Assembly (NCBI RefSeq): GCF_002449765.1
Contig: NZ_DJXN01000008.1
Strand: one strand, 5' to 3'
DNA: 64,000 bases
From: Fibrobacter sp. UBA7003
Lineage (GTDB): Bacteria > Fibrobacterota > Fibrobacteria > Fibrobacterales > Fibrobacteraceae
The notes under the pieces were generated by a model, which was not told the origin of the DNA, searched no databases, and saw only the letters and a list, made by a program, of their open reading frames with translations. Of this stretch, positions 8,238-18,171 are shown in pieces. The position numbers were made by a program, and so were the translations under genes. The number at the start of each line of letters is the position of its first letter. The first letter of the stretch is position 1.

Positions 8238-9641
8238 TTAGCCCACCATGATGTCTTCTTCGGCATACCAGGTAGTGTTCTGGACCCTGCCGGCGACCGC
8301 CGAAATGAGGAAAAGCGGGCCCATACGGCCGATAAACATCACGCAGCAGATGACAATCTGGCCTACGGTGGAAAGTTCGCCGGTAAGCCCCATCGAGAGT
8401 CCGCAGGTGCTGTAGGCGCTGATGACCTCGAAGAGGATCTTGAGGAAGGGGGTGCCGTTCTCGTTGAACCCGGTGCCCGCCGGAATCTCGGTGATGAGGA
8501 GGACCATCGTTGCAAGCGCTATAACGACGATGGCGACCACGAAGATTCGCACGGCCTTGTCGACCGTGGTTTCGGGGATGGTACGGCCCATGACCTGGGT
8601 CTTTTCGCGGCCGAGCAGGCGGTTGAACCCGAGCAGCCCGATGACCGCCGCGGTCGTTACCTTGATGCCGCCGCCGCAGCTGCCGGGGTTTGCGCCGATG
8701 AACATGATGATGGCGAAGAAGAACAGGGAGCTTGCGCACAGGGCCGGGGTGTCTACCGTGTTGAGGCCCGCGGTGCGGCTTGTGAAGGCCATGAAGAACG
8801 TGGTTTGGAGCTTGTCGAAGAAGCTTAAGCCGTCGAGCGTGTTGCCCCATTCGGTTATCATGAAGGCGACGATGCTTGCGCCGATGATGACGAACGTGCA
8901 GAACGTCGCGATGCGGGTATGGAGCGAAATCTTGCGGAACTTGCGCTGCTTGAAGTCGAAGGAATACTGCAGCTCGGTGATGGCGAGGAACCCGAAGCCC
9001 CCGGCCAGCGCGAGGATGCAGGTGGTGATGTTCATGACCGGGTTCAGCTGGAACTGTACGAGCGAGTCGGGGAACAGCGTGAACCCGACGTTACAGAACG
9101 AACTGACTGCCTGGAATAGCGAGCAGAAGATGCGGTCGTGGAGCTCCATGTCTCCAAACTGCGTAAAGTAGAGCACGCCGCCGATGGCTTCCAGTATGAA
9201 CGTGAAGGGGAGGACGGCCATGAGGATGCGCTTCGCGTCGACGTTTCCCTCTTGCGTGAAGTCGGCGAGCAGCACGGACTGGTGGTTAAAGCCCGGGTGC
9301 ATGCCCGCAAGCAGGATAAGCACGGTAGACACGGTCATGATGCCGAGGCCGCCCAGCTGCATGAGGACGACGAGCACCCAGTTGCCGAATGTCGAGAAGG
9401 TCGAGCTGATGTCGATGACGGAAAGGCCTGTCACGCACACTGCGGATGTGGCCGTGAAGAGCGCCTGGAGAAAGTCGATGGGCTCGCGGGTGGAGACCGG
9501 CAGGCGCAGGAGTACCGCGCCGACGGTTATAAGCATAAGATAACCGAGCACCACCAGGGTAATCGGGTTTGCCTGTTTTTTCGGTTTGAAGACGTTCTCG
9601 GACGTCGTATCCGAGAAGGCTTGGTACTTGGAACGAAGCAT
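8238..9641 (-). CDS. trkH: TrkH/KtrB-family potassium transporter membrane subunit
   Basis: 467 aa and polytopic. Repeated selectivity-filter-like motifs (VTGLSV, CNVGFT, RTAGLNT, STCGLS). Confidence 0.85.
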   Translation of the reverse strand: MLRSKYQAFSDTTSENVFKPKKQANPITLVVLGYLMLITVGAVLLRLPVSTREPIDFLQALFTATSAVCVTGLSVIDISSTFSTFGNWVLVVLMQLGGLGIMTVSTVLILLAGMHPGFNHQSVLLADFTQEGNVDAKRILMAVLPFTFILEAIGGVLYFTQFGDMELHDRIFCSLFQAVSSFCNVGFTLFPDSLVQFQLNPVMNITTCILALAGGFGFLAITELQYSFDFKQRKFRKISLHTRIATFCTFVIIGASIVAFMITEWGNTLDGLSFFDKLQTTFFMAFTSRTAGLNTVDTPALCASSLFFFAIIMFIGANPGSCGGGIKVTTAAVIGLLGFNRLLGREKTQVMGRTIPETTVDKAVRIFVVAIVVIALATMVLLITEIPAGTGFNENGTPFLKILFEVISAYSTCGLSMGLTGELSTVGQIVICCVMFIGRMGPLFLISAVAGRVQNTTWYAEEDIMVG

Positions 9642-9679
9642 GGAGCGAAATGTAGCAATTTTCTACATTTGGGCACGCT

Positions 9680-10609
9680 ATGAGGAATTTGCGGTCCATA
9701 TTGATGCCGCTGGCGATTGTTCTCGGGATTCTGCTCCCGCAGGCGCACGTGCTTTCGCCTATGATGCCCTTCCTTATCGGCTCGATGATGTTCCTGACGT
9801 TTGTCACGAAGATCCCGCCGCAGACTCACGGCTACACGTTCAAGATCGAGGCCCGCGCGTTTGTCGCAAGCCTTGTGCTGATTGCCGCCCTGTGGGGTAT
9901 CGTGGAACTGTTCGGGCTCCCGCGCGAGGTGCTGCTGGGCGGTGCCATCATCGCTCTCTGCCCGCCTGCGAATGCCGCCCCCACGATGGCCAAGATGCTC
10001 GGCGGATCGGCTTCGCTCGCGCTCAAGATTTTTTTGAGCGGGAACTTGCTCGCGTGCTTTTCGATCCCCGTCATTTTCGGGTGCCTTACCGGCGCCGATG
10101 CGAGCCTCTCCGAAATCGCGATGAAGATTTTCAATACCATCCAGCCCATCATCAGCATACCGCTCGCGTTTGCGCTGGGCCTGCGCGCGTTCTACCCGGA
10201 GCTTGCCGACCGCGCCGCGAAATTCCAGAAGTACACGATGTTCATCTGGACGTTCTCGGTGTTCGTCATCATTTCGAAGGCGAGTTTCGATATCCGCGAG
10301 ATGGGGTTCACCGACTTGTGGAACAGCGGCAAGCTCCCGATGATGGCGGGGGTCTCGCTGGTGCTCTGCATTTTGCTGTTCTGGCTCGGCTGGTTCTGTG
10401 AACGCAAGCGCCGCCCCATCGAGGGGTCGCAGAGCATGGGGCAGAAGAACACGACGCTCGTCATCTGGGTATCTACCTTGTTCGCAGGCCCGGTGGTGGC
10501 GCTCGCCCCGACCTGTTACGTTATCTGGCAGAACCTGGTGCTCACCTGGATGAGCCGCGAAAAGACCCGCGAACGGATGCTCCGCGGCCAGGAAAAGAAA
10601 AATCCCTAG
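9680..10609 (+). CDS. polytopic membrane transporter, possibly bile acid:Na+ symporter (BASS/SBF)-like
   Basis: 309 aa with about 9-10 hydrophobic helices. The family call is a weak pattern impression only. Confidence 0.4.
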   Translation: MRNLRSILMPLAIVLGILLPQAHVLSPMMPFLIGSMMFLTFVTKIPPQTHGYTFKIEARAFVASLVLIAALWGIVELFGLPREVLLGGAIIALCPPANAAPTMAKMLGGSASLALKIFLSGNLLACFSIPVIFGCLTGADASLSEIAMKIFNTIQPIISIPLAFALGLRAFYPELADRAAKFQKYTMFIWTFSVFVIISKASFDIREMGFTDLWNSGKLPMMAGVSLVLCILLFWLGWFCERKRRPIEGSQSMGQKNTTLVIWVSTLFAGPVVALAPTCYVIWQNLVLTWMSREKTRERMLRGQEKKNP

Positions 10610-10627
10610 TTTTATGTGCCCTTTTTT

Positions 10628-10682
10628 TGTGTTCCAGGAATACAGCCGTGTTCCGAGAATACACTTTTGTGTTCTAGAATAC
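10628..10682. promoter_or_regulatory. three tandem inverted-repeat boxes (GTGTTC-n2/3-GAATAC) upstream of a TIGR02147 gene
   Basis: TGTGTTCCAGGAATACA at 10628-10644, CGTGTTCCGAGAATACA at 10647-10663 and TGTGTTCTAGAATAC at 10668-10682. Start-to-start spacings are 19 and 21 bp. The array lies 105-160 nt before ATG 10788. Confidence 0.4.
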
Positions 10683-10787
10683 TGAAATTTTATAAGAATT
10701 CTCCAAAAGTGTAAAATTTGAAGTAAAAACGGCATTTTTGTGCTCTATTCCGTTGCACAGCCCCGGAAAAAGGCTATATTTGTAGTG

Positions 10788-11657
10788 ATGAATGCGATTG
10801 TAGAATACACTGATTATCGCAAGTTCATTCGTGACTACTACGAGGAACGTAAGCGGAGTTCGGCATTTACCTGGCGAGATTTTGCCCGGGATGTCGGTTT
10901 TTCGTCGGCGGTGTACCTGAAGTATGTCAGCGAGGGGAAAAAGAACCTGAGCGTGTCGGCTGCGGGTTCGGTCGCGCGCGCCATGGGGCTTGTCGGTTTC
11001 GAGGCCGAATATTTTGTGCTCATGGTCTCGTATGCGCACGCGAAAAACGACAAGGCGAAGCGTGCGGCGTTCGAACAGCGGTGCGCGCTCGCGATGGCGC
11101 ACAAGGTGCGCGTTCTGGGCAACGAGGAATTCGACTATTTCAAGTCGTGGAAAAACCCGGTGATCCGTGAACTCGCATCGCACATGCCCGGCGCGAAGCC
11201 GCTCGATATCGCACGTGCCTGCAAGCAGAAGATTTCTGCGGCGGAGGTTGCGGAGACGCTCGATTTTTTGGTGAAGGCGAAACTCCTGAAGAAGGACGGG
11301 AGCGGTAACTACCAGCAGACAGACAAGGCCATTTCCATGGGGAAGGTGGACGCGGTTCCGGTGGCGGCTCGCGAGATGCAAAGGCAAATGGGGGAGTTTG
11401 CGGTTAGTGCATTGGATTTGCCGCTATCGGAACGCGACATGTCGGGGCTTACCATGGGGATAACGAGCCGTGCCTACGAGCGCATAAAGAACGAGCTTGC
11501 GGAATGTCGCAAGCGCATCATGGCCATTGTCGTGGAAGACGACGAGACGGAGCGGGTGTATCGCCTGAACATGCAGCTGTTCCCGGTGAGCGAAAACATC
11601 AAGGACAAGGACTATTTGAAAAGGGGCTGGACGGATGATGAAAATAAAACTGTTTAA
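10788..11657 (+). CDS. TIGR02147-type Fibrobacter paralogous family protein, predicted DNA-binding
   Basis: MNAIVEYTDYRKFIRDYY ... FTWRDFARDVGFSSAVYLKYVSEGKKNLS has a Cro/C1-like HTH pattern. A second wHTH-like segment is ISAAEVAETLDFLVKAKLLKK. It is a paralogue of 46022..46879. Start chosen by alignment with that paralogue. Confidence 0.7.
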   Translation: MNAIVEYTDYRKFIRDYYEERKRSSAFTWRDFARDVGFSSAVYLKYVSEGKKNLSVSAAGSVARAMGLVGFEAEYFVLMVSYAHAKNDKAKRAAFEQRCALAMAHKVRVLGNEEFDYFKSWKNPVIRELASHMPGAKPLDIARACKQKISAAEVAETLDFLVKAKLLKKDGSGNYQQTDKAISMGKVDAVPVAAREMQRQMGEFAVSALDLPLSERDMSGLTMGITSRAYERIKNELAECRKRIMAIVVEDDETERVYRLNMQLFPVSENIKDKDYLKRGWTDDENKTV

Positions 11658-13074
11658 GTGTGTCGGTGGCGTTTTGCCGGTCTTGTTGCTGCCTCTGGCC
11701 ATTTTGTCGTTTGTAGTTGTGGGTTGTGGCGACAGCGAGGTCGCGGGCGGCGTTACAGAAGATGCGGGCATTGTCGCCGACGTATCGGGCGTGTTCCAGA
11801 AGGGCCCGTTTGTCGAGGGGACTCCCGTGAAGGTGAAGGGCGTTGACTGCGAGACTCTCGAACCGACGGGCGAGATTGCCGAGGGCTCGATCGCGAACAG
11901 CAGGGGCGAATTCAATTTCGCGAAACTTACTTTGTCTACATCGTGCGCCATATTCGAGGCGACGGGCTATTACCTGAACGAACTGACGGGCGAGCGGACT
12001 GCGGACAAGTTTACTCTTCGCGCGGTGACAAGGCTTACGGACCGCAACAGCGTGAACGTGAACCTGTTCACCCACATGGAATATGGACGCGTGGTGCGCC
12101 TGGTGACCGCGAAGGGCATGGACTTTGACGACGCGAAGGAACAGGCCGAGGCCGAAGTTCTGGCGGCGTTCGGAATTGCGGGCGAACTTGAAGAGTTCGA
12201 GGACATGAACATCGCAGAACCGGGAGATGGCAATGCAGCCCTGCTTGCCGTGAGCGTGATGATGCAGGCCGATGGCGGTGTCGCGGAACTGGCAGAACGC
12301 CTCGACAAGTTCGACGACGCATTTGTCGCGGCCGGCTCGTGGGACGATGCCGAAACGAAGAAGGCTATGGCAGGCTGGGCGCGCGCGGCCGAGGCAAACG
12401 GCGGGTTCGACGCTATCCGCAGGAATGTCGAAAGCTGGAGCGAGGGCGGCGTGGCGCCGACGTTCGAAAGCGTCGTGGACGAGATTGTCGAGGAAGTTTC
12501 CAGGAACCCCTACCTGAACCCCGAAGTGGAATACGGGACGCTCGTGGATGCCCGCGACGGCCATGCCTATGCGACGATAAAAATCGGTGGCCAGACGTGG
12601 ATGGCCGAGAACCTGAACTACTTCGATACCGTGGCGGTGCCCGGACTCAAGGACAGCAGCTGGTGCTACGACAACAATCCCGCGAAATGCGCGGAGGCGG
12701 GGCGCCTCTATACCTGGAGTGTCGCAAGGGCGGCCGTTTGCCCCGATGGTTGGCATTTGCCCGATACGACGGAATGGAACGCCCTGATGGCGGCGGCTGG
12801 GGGGAGCGCGGCTGCATCTGCGCTCAAGTCGGCAGCAGGCTGGGATAGCGGCGCGGGCACGAACGGGACCGGGTTCTCGGCGGTCGCTGTCGGCGAACGC
12901 TACCGCAGCGGTTCGTTCGATTCCGAAGGGCTGAAGGCGTACCTGTGGAGCGCCGAAAATGATTCGGAAGACCGTGAGTCCGCTTATGGAATCCTTGTCG
13001 GGAGTGACGATTCGGTCACTTTGAAGGCATTCCCCTTGGCAAACGGGTTTGCGGTCCGTTGCGTAATGGATTAG
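11635..13074 (+). CDS. lipoprotein with a C-terminal Fibrobacter succinogenes major paralogous domain (TIGR02145-like)
   Basis: Lipobox VVGC. Contains GQTWMAENLNY, WCYDNNPAKC..GRLYTW, CPDGWHLPDTTEWNAL, GFSAV and YLWSA. Overlaps the upstream gene by 23 nt. Confidence 0.75.
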   Translation: MMKIKLFKCVGGVLPVLLLPLAILSFVVVGCGDSEVAGGVTEDAGIVADVSGVFQKGPFVEGTPVKVKGVDCETLEPTGEIAEGSIANSRGEFNFAKLTLSTSCAIFEATGYYLNELTGERTADKFTLRAVTRLTDRNSVNVNLFTHMEYGRVVRLVTAKGMDFDDAKEQAEAEVLAAFGIAGELEEFEDMNIAEPGDGNAALLAVSVMMQADGGVAELAERLDKFDDAFVAAGSWDDAETKKAMAGWARAAEANGGFDAIRRNVESWSEGGVAPTFESVVDEIVEEVSRNPYLNPEVEYGTLVDARDGHAYATIKIGGQTWMAENLNYFDTVAVPGLKDSSWCYDNNPAKCAEAGRLYTWSVARAAVCPDGWHLPDTTEWNALMAAAGGSAAASALKSAAGWDSGAGTNGTGFSAVAVGERYRSGSFDSEGLKAYLWSAENDSEDRESAYGILVGSDDSVTLKAFPLANGFAVRCVMD

Positions 13075-13087
13075 GAGAGTATATATT

Positions 13088-16000
13088 ATGTTCATGATGT
13101 CGGTGAGGAACGCAATGAAAATCAGGCTTGCTTTTGTAGCCGCATTGTCGCTGCTTGCGGTTTGTTCGTTCGCGGCGAACGGTACCATGAAGGGCGAAGG
13201 TACCATCGAAAGCCCATTCCTGGTCGATGACTACGAAGACCTGAAGATGATAGGCAAGGGTGCCTACCTGTATTCTTCAGCCTATATGCTGACTGCCGAT
13301 ATCGACGCTTCGGCCTCGTATGGCGAATGGTGCAGTGAAGGCGTGTGCAACGGGTTCATTCCCTTGGGACTTGAGAAGGATGCTGCGGACGCTTCCGTTT
13401 TCACGGGCTATTTTTGGGGGCGTGGATTTACGATCAGGAATATGCGCATATGGACGCCCTGTGCGCACAACGTGGGTTTTTTCGCGAACCTGGGTCAGGG
13501 TGGACTGGTCTCACATTTGAACTTTGATTCCCTTGTGGTGTGGGGCGGCCTGGATGATATCTATGCGCCCCATTCGAAATATGTCGGCGCCGTTGCGGGC
13601 ACGGCTACCGGGTATATCCTCGATGTGCACGTTACAAATGGCGAAGTGCAGGGCCGTGAGTATGTGGGCGGTATCGTGGGCGACATGGAAAAGACGACGG
13701 CCAATTTGGATAATGTCTCGTATGAGGGCGTTGTCCGGGGCGGATCCAGTGTAGGGGGGCTGGCCGGAAGATCCCGTGGTACGATTGCCGAAAGCAAGGC
13801 GGATGTCAAGATATATGCGAAGGGAAGCGATATTGGTGGCCTTGTTGGCGAAAATAAAGGAGATATTGAAAAAAGCGAAGCGGCTGGTTTAATCCTCCCC
13901 ATTGCCGGAAGTTCAATCACCGAAGTCGGCGGGCTTGTGGGGTATAACATAAGCGGTGGCTACATCACTTCATCCAGGGCATCTGTGGATATTCTGCCTT
14001 TGACTACTGCGGTTCCCAAAAGCAAATTGGGCGGTCTGATCGGAGCCAACTATGGTTCTATTGAGCAGTCGTATGCTACGGGCAGCGTCACTGGGAGCGA
14101 GTTCGATATTGGCGGCCTGGTCGGTAAGAACTATGATGGGACTATCCGTAATTGCTTTGCTACGGGAGCGGTGAGGGGGAATAGGTATGTAGGCGGACTC
14201 GTTGGCGATGCATCGGGAGCGGTAAGCACGTCGTACTCGGTCGGGCCTGTTGAAATTTTTGATACGACGGAAGTCGAGGAGGTAGGCGGCCTGATCGGTT
14301 CGGGCGAGGCGGACAGCTCCTACTGGAACGTGGAATTTTCCGGATTGGATACAAGCAGCGGCGGGACGGGACTTTCCGATGTCGCCATGAAAAAGTTCGA
14401 AAGCTTTTTCGGATGGGACACCGAAATCTGGACTATCGACGAGGGGGAATCGTACCCCTACCTGGCTGTGTTCGGCAAGAAGCCCGATGCTGTCGTCTAT
14501 GCGATTCCCACGACGGCAGCGAAGTGGCAGGAAAATCCGGTTGTCGCCGCGAAAGACGATACCGGCCGTGAATTGTTCGGCAAATGGACTGGCGCGAACT
14601 ACCTGAATGCGGCGCGCGATTCCATCTACTACGGCTACAAGATTGGCTACGTCAAGGAATCCGATACCGTCTGGAGTACGTCGAGCTACATGGCGGTCCC
14701 GAACCGTATCGAGATTGCGACTCTCGAAGACCTGCAGAAGATTGGCAGGCATGTCGGCTTCCCGCTGTTTGCAAATTACGAGCTGACGGCCGATATCGAT
14801 GCGTCCGGGGTTGATTTCGAACCTATCGGTGACGAGCGTGTCTTGTTTACGGGTAGCTTCGACGGAAAGAACCATACCATCAGTGGATTCAGGATTGATG
14901 GCCGCAAGAAGGATTATTCCGGACTCTTCGGGAAGGCGGAAAAGGCTGTCTTCAGGAACATTGTTTTCAGGAACGCAAATGTCAATGGTAAGAAAATAGT
15001 TGGCGTGCTTGCGGGCCAGATTGACGGGTCGATTGTGAGCAACGTTGTCTCGTATGACGCAACGGTCAATGGCCATAGCAATGTCGGTGGGCTTATCGGT
15101 ATCGCGTTCTCAAACGACATGGAGCGCCTTGCAAGTACGGGCGCCGTCACGGGAGATACCTGTGTCGGAGGTCTTTTCGGGGCGTTCGCGTCGAAGTTGA
15201 CAGATGCCTATTCCGTGAATGTCGTCAAGGGGCATTATTGGGTTGGGGGCGTTATGGGCGGTGCGAATTTGGATTTCCATAATGCCGATACCGTCCTCAA
15301 TGTTTACTCCGCGAGCCTTGTGAAGGGCCCCCGCAAGCGTATCGAGGGAATTGCCGGATCCGTGGAGAATTCCTACTACGACGAGAAGTATGCGGACATA
15401 TACTTCGACAGCACGCTTATGCCTTCCGAATGGCAGGTCGATCGGTACGAGTTGGGTGAAGCGCTCCCGACTGATTCCCTGCTGAAGCGGGCCACGTTCA
15501 AGGGGTTCGACTTTGAGTCCGTGTGGACTATCCAGGAAGGCGTGTCGTATCCTTATTTCAAGGGAATGGACCCCTCGCTTCCGGGAACATTGGTCGATGA
15601 CGGAACGAGCTATGCCCTGGTGGGCGAAGGTACGGCGGAAAAACCGTTCCAGATTACCAGCTACGATGACCTCAAGAATGTCGGCAAGCATGAATTCGGC
15701 CTGGACGCCCATTACGAATTGCAGGGATTTTATGCAAGCGAATCCGCGACGGACAACTGCGTCGACGGCGTGTGTGCCGGTTTTGAACCCATCGGCGGAA
15801 CCGAAGGTTTCAGCGGGACGTTCATCGGACACAGGGACGGCATTTTCAAGCTGACCATCAACCGCCCCGACGAGGATTACGTCGGCTTGTTCACGAAACT
15901 CAATCCCGGTGCCAAGGTTTCGGGAATAGGGTTGGGCGAGAGCACCATTATCGGCAGGAACTATGTGGGTGGTATTGCCGGGCTGGACAAGGGTGCCGAC

Positions 16001-18160
16001 CTTGAGAGCATGGGTACGGAACGCGACCTGGTCGTTCGCGGCAACAACTATGTCGGTATGGTTGTCGGGGCGAAGGAAGGTGGTACCGCGAAGTACGACC
16101 ATGTCAACGGTACGGTTGAAGGCAACGATTATGTCGGATCCTTTGCCGGAAGCTCCAAGAACGCTTCCTATACAGACAACCTTTCCTGGGCGAGTGTTCA
16201 GGGCAATGCCAATGTCGGCGGCTTTGTCGGTATCGATTCCGCTTCGGCGTACACGAACATCTACAGCATAAGCCAAGTGCGCGGAAACGAAAATGTCGGG
16301 AACCTGGCGGGATCAAGCGAGAAGTCGACCTACAAGTCGGTCTACTACGATGGCGAAGTGTGGCAGTTCGACAACAGCAGTGTCGGAAAGTCGCTCACGA
16401 CGGCCGAAATGCTGGATTCGGCTTCTTACGAGGGCTGGGAATTCGGGACGGTGTGGCTGAAACATGCCGCAGATGCCTATCCCATCCTCGCATGGACAGA
16501 CGGTGTCAAGTTGATTTACCCTGTCAGGACACACGATGTGAAATTCCAGATGGAAGGTTCCGGCACCGAGGAAGACCCGTTCCTCGTCAAGACATACGAC
16601 GACCTCAAGGCGATAGGCTATGGGAAATACAAGCTCTCGGCGGTTTACCGTCTTGCAAACGATATCGATGCGTCGGCCTCCTCGGATGAATTATATTATG
16701 TGGATTCTGCCAGCCATCCGCAGCTGAATTTCACCATCGGTTTCCCGTCTATCGGGAAGTATCGCGAAAATTCCAAGGGCCTGTTCGGGGGTTCCTACGA
16801 ACACGGGACGGATACGACCTTTACGGGCAAATTCCACGGGAACGGCCACGTGATACATGACCTGTATATCTGTACGCTCCAAGCGTACCGCAATTCGGGA
16901 TTCTTCCTTGCTATCGATTCTTCGGCAATCGTGGATAGCCTTGAAATAAGGTTTGTGGAGTTCTCCGGCGTTACAGCAGGCCTTGCCTATGTGAACAAGG
17001 GAATTGTAGACAACGTAAATGTCAAGTGCGACAATCTGGAGGCCGATGTGGGGCTTGTCTACCGGAACGAGGGTACCATCCGGCAGAGTTCCTTCGAGGG
17101 GTTCTTTGGCGGTTACGGGCGTTTCGGCCCTCGCGGGGGTGGCCTGGTCTATATCAACGAGGGAACCATATCGGAATGCTACGTTAATGCGGATGTCGAA
17201 CGGGATATGCCGTATGTCATAGCTGGCTTTGCCGTGGAGAACCACGGGACAATCGAAAATTCGTTCTCGATGGGTGATGTGCTCGGAATGAACGATTCCG
17301 CCTATTCGGCTGTTTATCTGAATACGGGTGTCATCAGCAAGTCTTATTCTGTCGGAAAGGGCTATCGCGCCTTTGCATACGAGAACAAGGGTTCCATCGA
17401 AAATTCGTATGCTCTCAAGACGAGGTATTTTGTGGAACAGTCCGACAACGGGAAGCCTGTCGATGGTACGAATTACCATACGCCCCAGGGAACTACCATG
17501 GGCTCCATGTACATGCAGGATGAGTACCGCGGTTTCGATTTTGATTCCGTGTGGTACATCAAGGAAGGCTTCTCGACACCGATGCTGCGCGGTTTGCCGA
17601 ACATGCCATTCCCTGCGAGTGTGAATCTGAAGCTTGAAGGGAACGGGTCCCTCGAAAATAGGATCCGCGCCAAGATACTCGAAGATGCCATCGTGATGGA
17701 TTCGACGATGACGAAGGTGGTCCATCTGGATGTTACGAGTATCTTCCTGATTGATTCTCTGGAAAAGGCGGAGAACCCTTCCGGGATGTTTGAGATTTTG
17801 TACAGCGTGGGCATGGTACTCGGCAAGGATACGATTTGGAGCGACGAAGCCGTAGCTAGACTCGGTGTCCTGAAGTCGGTTGGCTTGAGCAAGGTTGCCA
17901 CCCCGTCGGGAGCCCGCTTCGGTGCCGCCTTCCGAGGCTCGAATGTGGCGCTCCGTTTCGAAATTCCTGCCGCGGGTGCCGTGAAGTTTATGCTCATGGA
18001 CATGCAGGGCCGTGTCGTCCGCACGTTCAACCTGGGCAACCGTGCCGCGGGTGCGTATAGCGAAACGCTCGATGCCGGTGCGATTGCCCGAGGCCGCTAC
18101 ATCGGCGTGTTGCAGGTGAACGGCAAGGTGATGGAAAAAGTTTTGATGGCTAGAGACTAG
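13088..18160 (+). CDS. giant secreted GLUG-motif repeat protein with a T9SS-type C-terminal sorting domain
   Basis: 1690 aa with a signal peptide. About four modules each open with G.GTE.PF.I..YDDLK.IG ... DIDAS, followed by many VGG(L/I)(V/A)G repeats. C-terminus: VKFMLMDMQGRVVRTF ... GRYIGVLQVNGKV. Alternative start at 13115. Confidence 0.8.
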   Translation: MFMMSVRNAMKIRLAFVAALSLLAVCSFAANGTMKGEGTIESPFLVDDYEDLKMIGKGAYLYSSAYMLTADIDASASYGEWCSEGVCNGFIPLGLEKDAADASVFTGYFWGRGFTIRNMRIWTPCAHNVGFFANLGQGGLVSHLNFDSLVVWGGLDDIYAPHSKYVGAVAGTATGYILDVHVTNGEVQGREYVGGIVGDMEKTTANLDNVSYEGVVRGGSSVGGLAGRSRGTIAESKADVKIYAKGSDIGGLVGENKGDIEKSEAAGLILPIAGSSITEVGGLVGYNISGGYITSSRASVDILPLTTAVPKSKLGGLIGANYGSIEQSYATGSVTGSEFDIGGLVGKNYDGTIRNCFATGAVRGNRYVGGLVGDASGAVSTSYSVGPVEIFDTTEVEEVGGLIGSGEADSSYWNVEFSGLDTSSGGTGLSDVAMKKFESFFGWDTEIWTIDEGESYPYLAVFGKKPDAVVYAIPTTAAKWQENPVVAAKDDTGRELFGKWTGANYLNAARDSIYYGYKIGYVKESDTVWSTSSYMAVPNRIEIATLEDLQKIGRHVGFPLFANYELTADIDASGVDFEPIGDERVLFTGSFDGKNHTISGFRIDGRKKDYSGLFGKAEKAVFRNIVFRNANVNGKKIVGVLAGQIDGSIVSNVVSYDATVNGHSNVGGLIGIAFSNDMERLASTGAVTGDTCVGGLFGAFASKLTDAYSVNVVKGHYWVGGVMGGANLDFHNADTVLNVYSASLVKGPRKRIEGIAGSVENSYYDEKYADIYFDSTLMPSEWQVDRYELGEALPTDSLLKRATFKGFDFESVWTIQEGVSYPYFKGMDPSLPGTLVDDGTSYALVGEGTAEKPFQITSYDDLKNVGKHEFGLDAHYELQGFYASESATDNCVDGVCAGFEPIGGTEGFSGTFIGHRDGIFKLTINRPDEDYVGLFTKLNPGAKVSGIGLGESTIIGRNYVGGIAGLDKGADLESMGTERDLVVRGNNYVGMVVGAKEGGTAKYDHVNGTVEGNDYVGSFAGSSKNASYTDNLSWASVQGNANVGGFVGIDSASAYTNIYSISQVRGNENVGNLAGSSEKSTYKSVYYDGEVWQFDNSSVGKSLTTAEMLDSASYEGWEFGTVWLKHAADAYPILAWTDGVKLIYPVRTHDVKFQMEGSGTEEDPFLVKTYDDLKAIGYGKYKLSAVYRLANDIDASASSDELYYVDSASHPQLNFTIGFPSIGKYRENSKGLFGGSYEHGTDTTFTGKFHGNGHVIHDLYICTLQAYRNSGFFLAIDSSAIVDSLEIRFVEFSGVTAGLAYVNKGIVDNVNVKCDNLEADVGLVYRNEGTIRQSSFEGFFGGYGRFGPRGGGLVYINEGTISECYVNADVERDMPYVIAGFAVENHGTIENSFSMGDVLGMNDSAYSAVYLNTGVISKSYSVGKGYRAFAYENKGSIENSYALKTRYFVEQSDNGKPVDGTNYHTPQGTTMGSMYMQDEYRGFDFDSVWYIKEGFSTPMLRGLPNMPFPASVNLKLEGNGSLENRIRAKILEDAIVMDSTMTKVVHLDVTSIFLIDSLEKAENPSGMFEILYSVGMVLGKDTIWSDEAVARLGVLKSVGLSKVATPSGARFGAAFRGSNVALRFEIPAAGAVKFMLMDMQGRVVRTFNLGNRAAGAYSETLDAGAIARGRYIGVLQVNGKVMEKVLMARD

Positions 18161-18171
18161 GAGAGAGAAAG

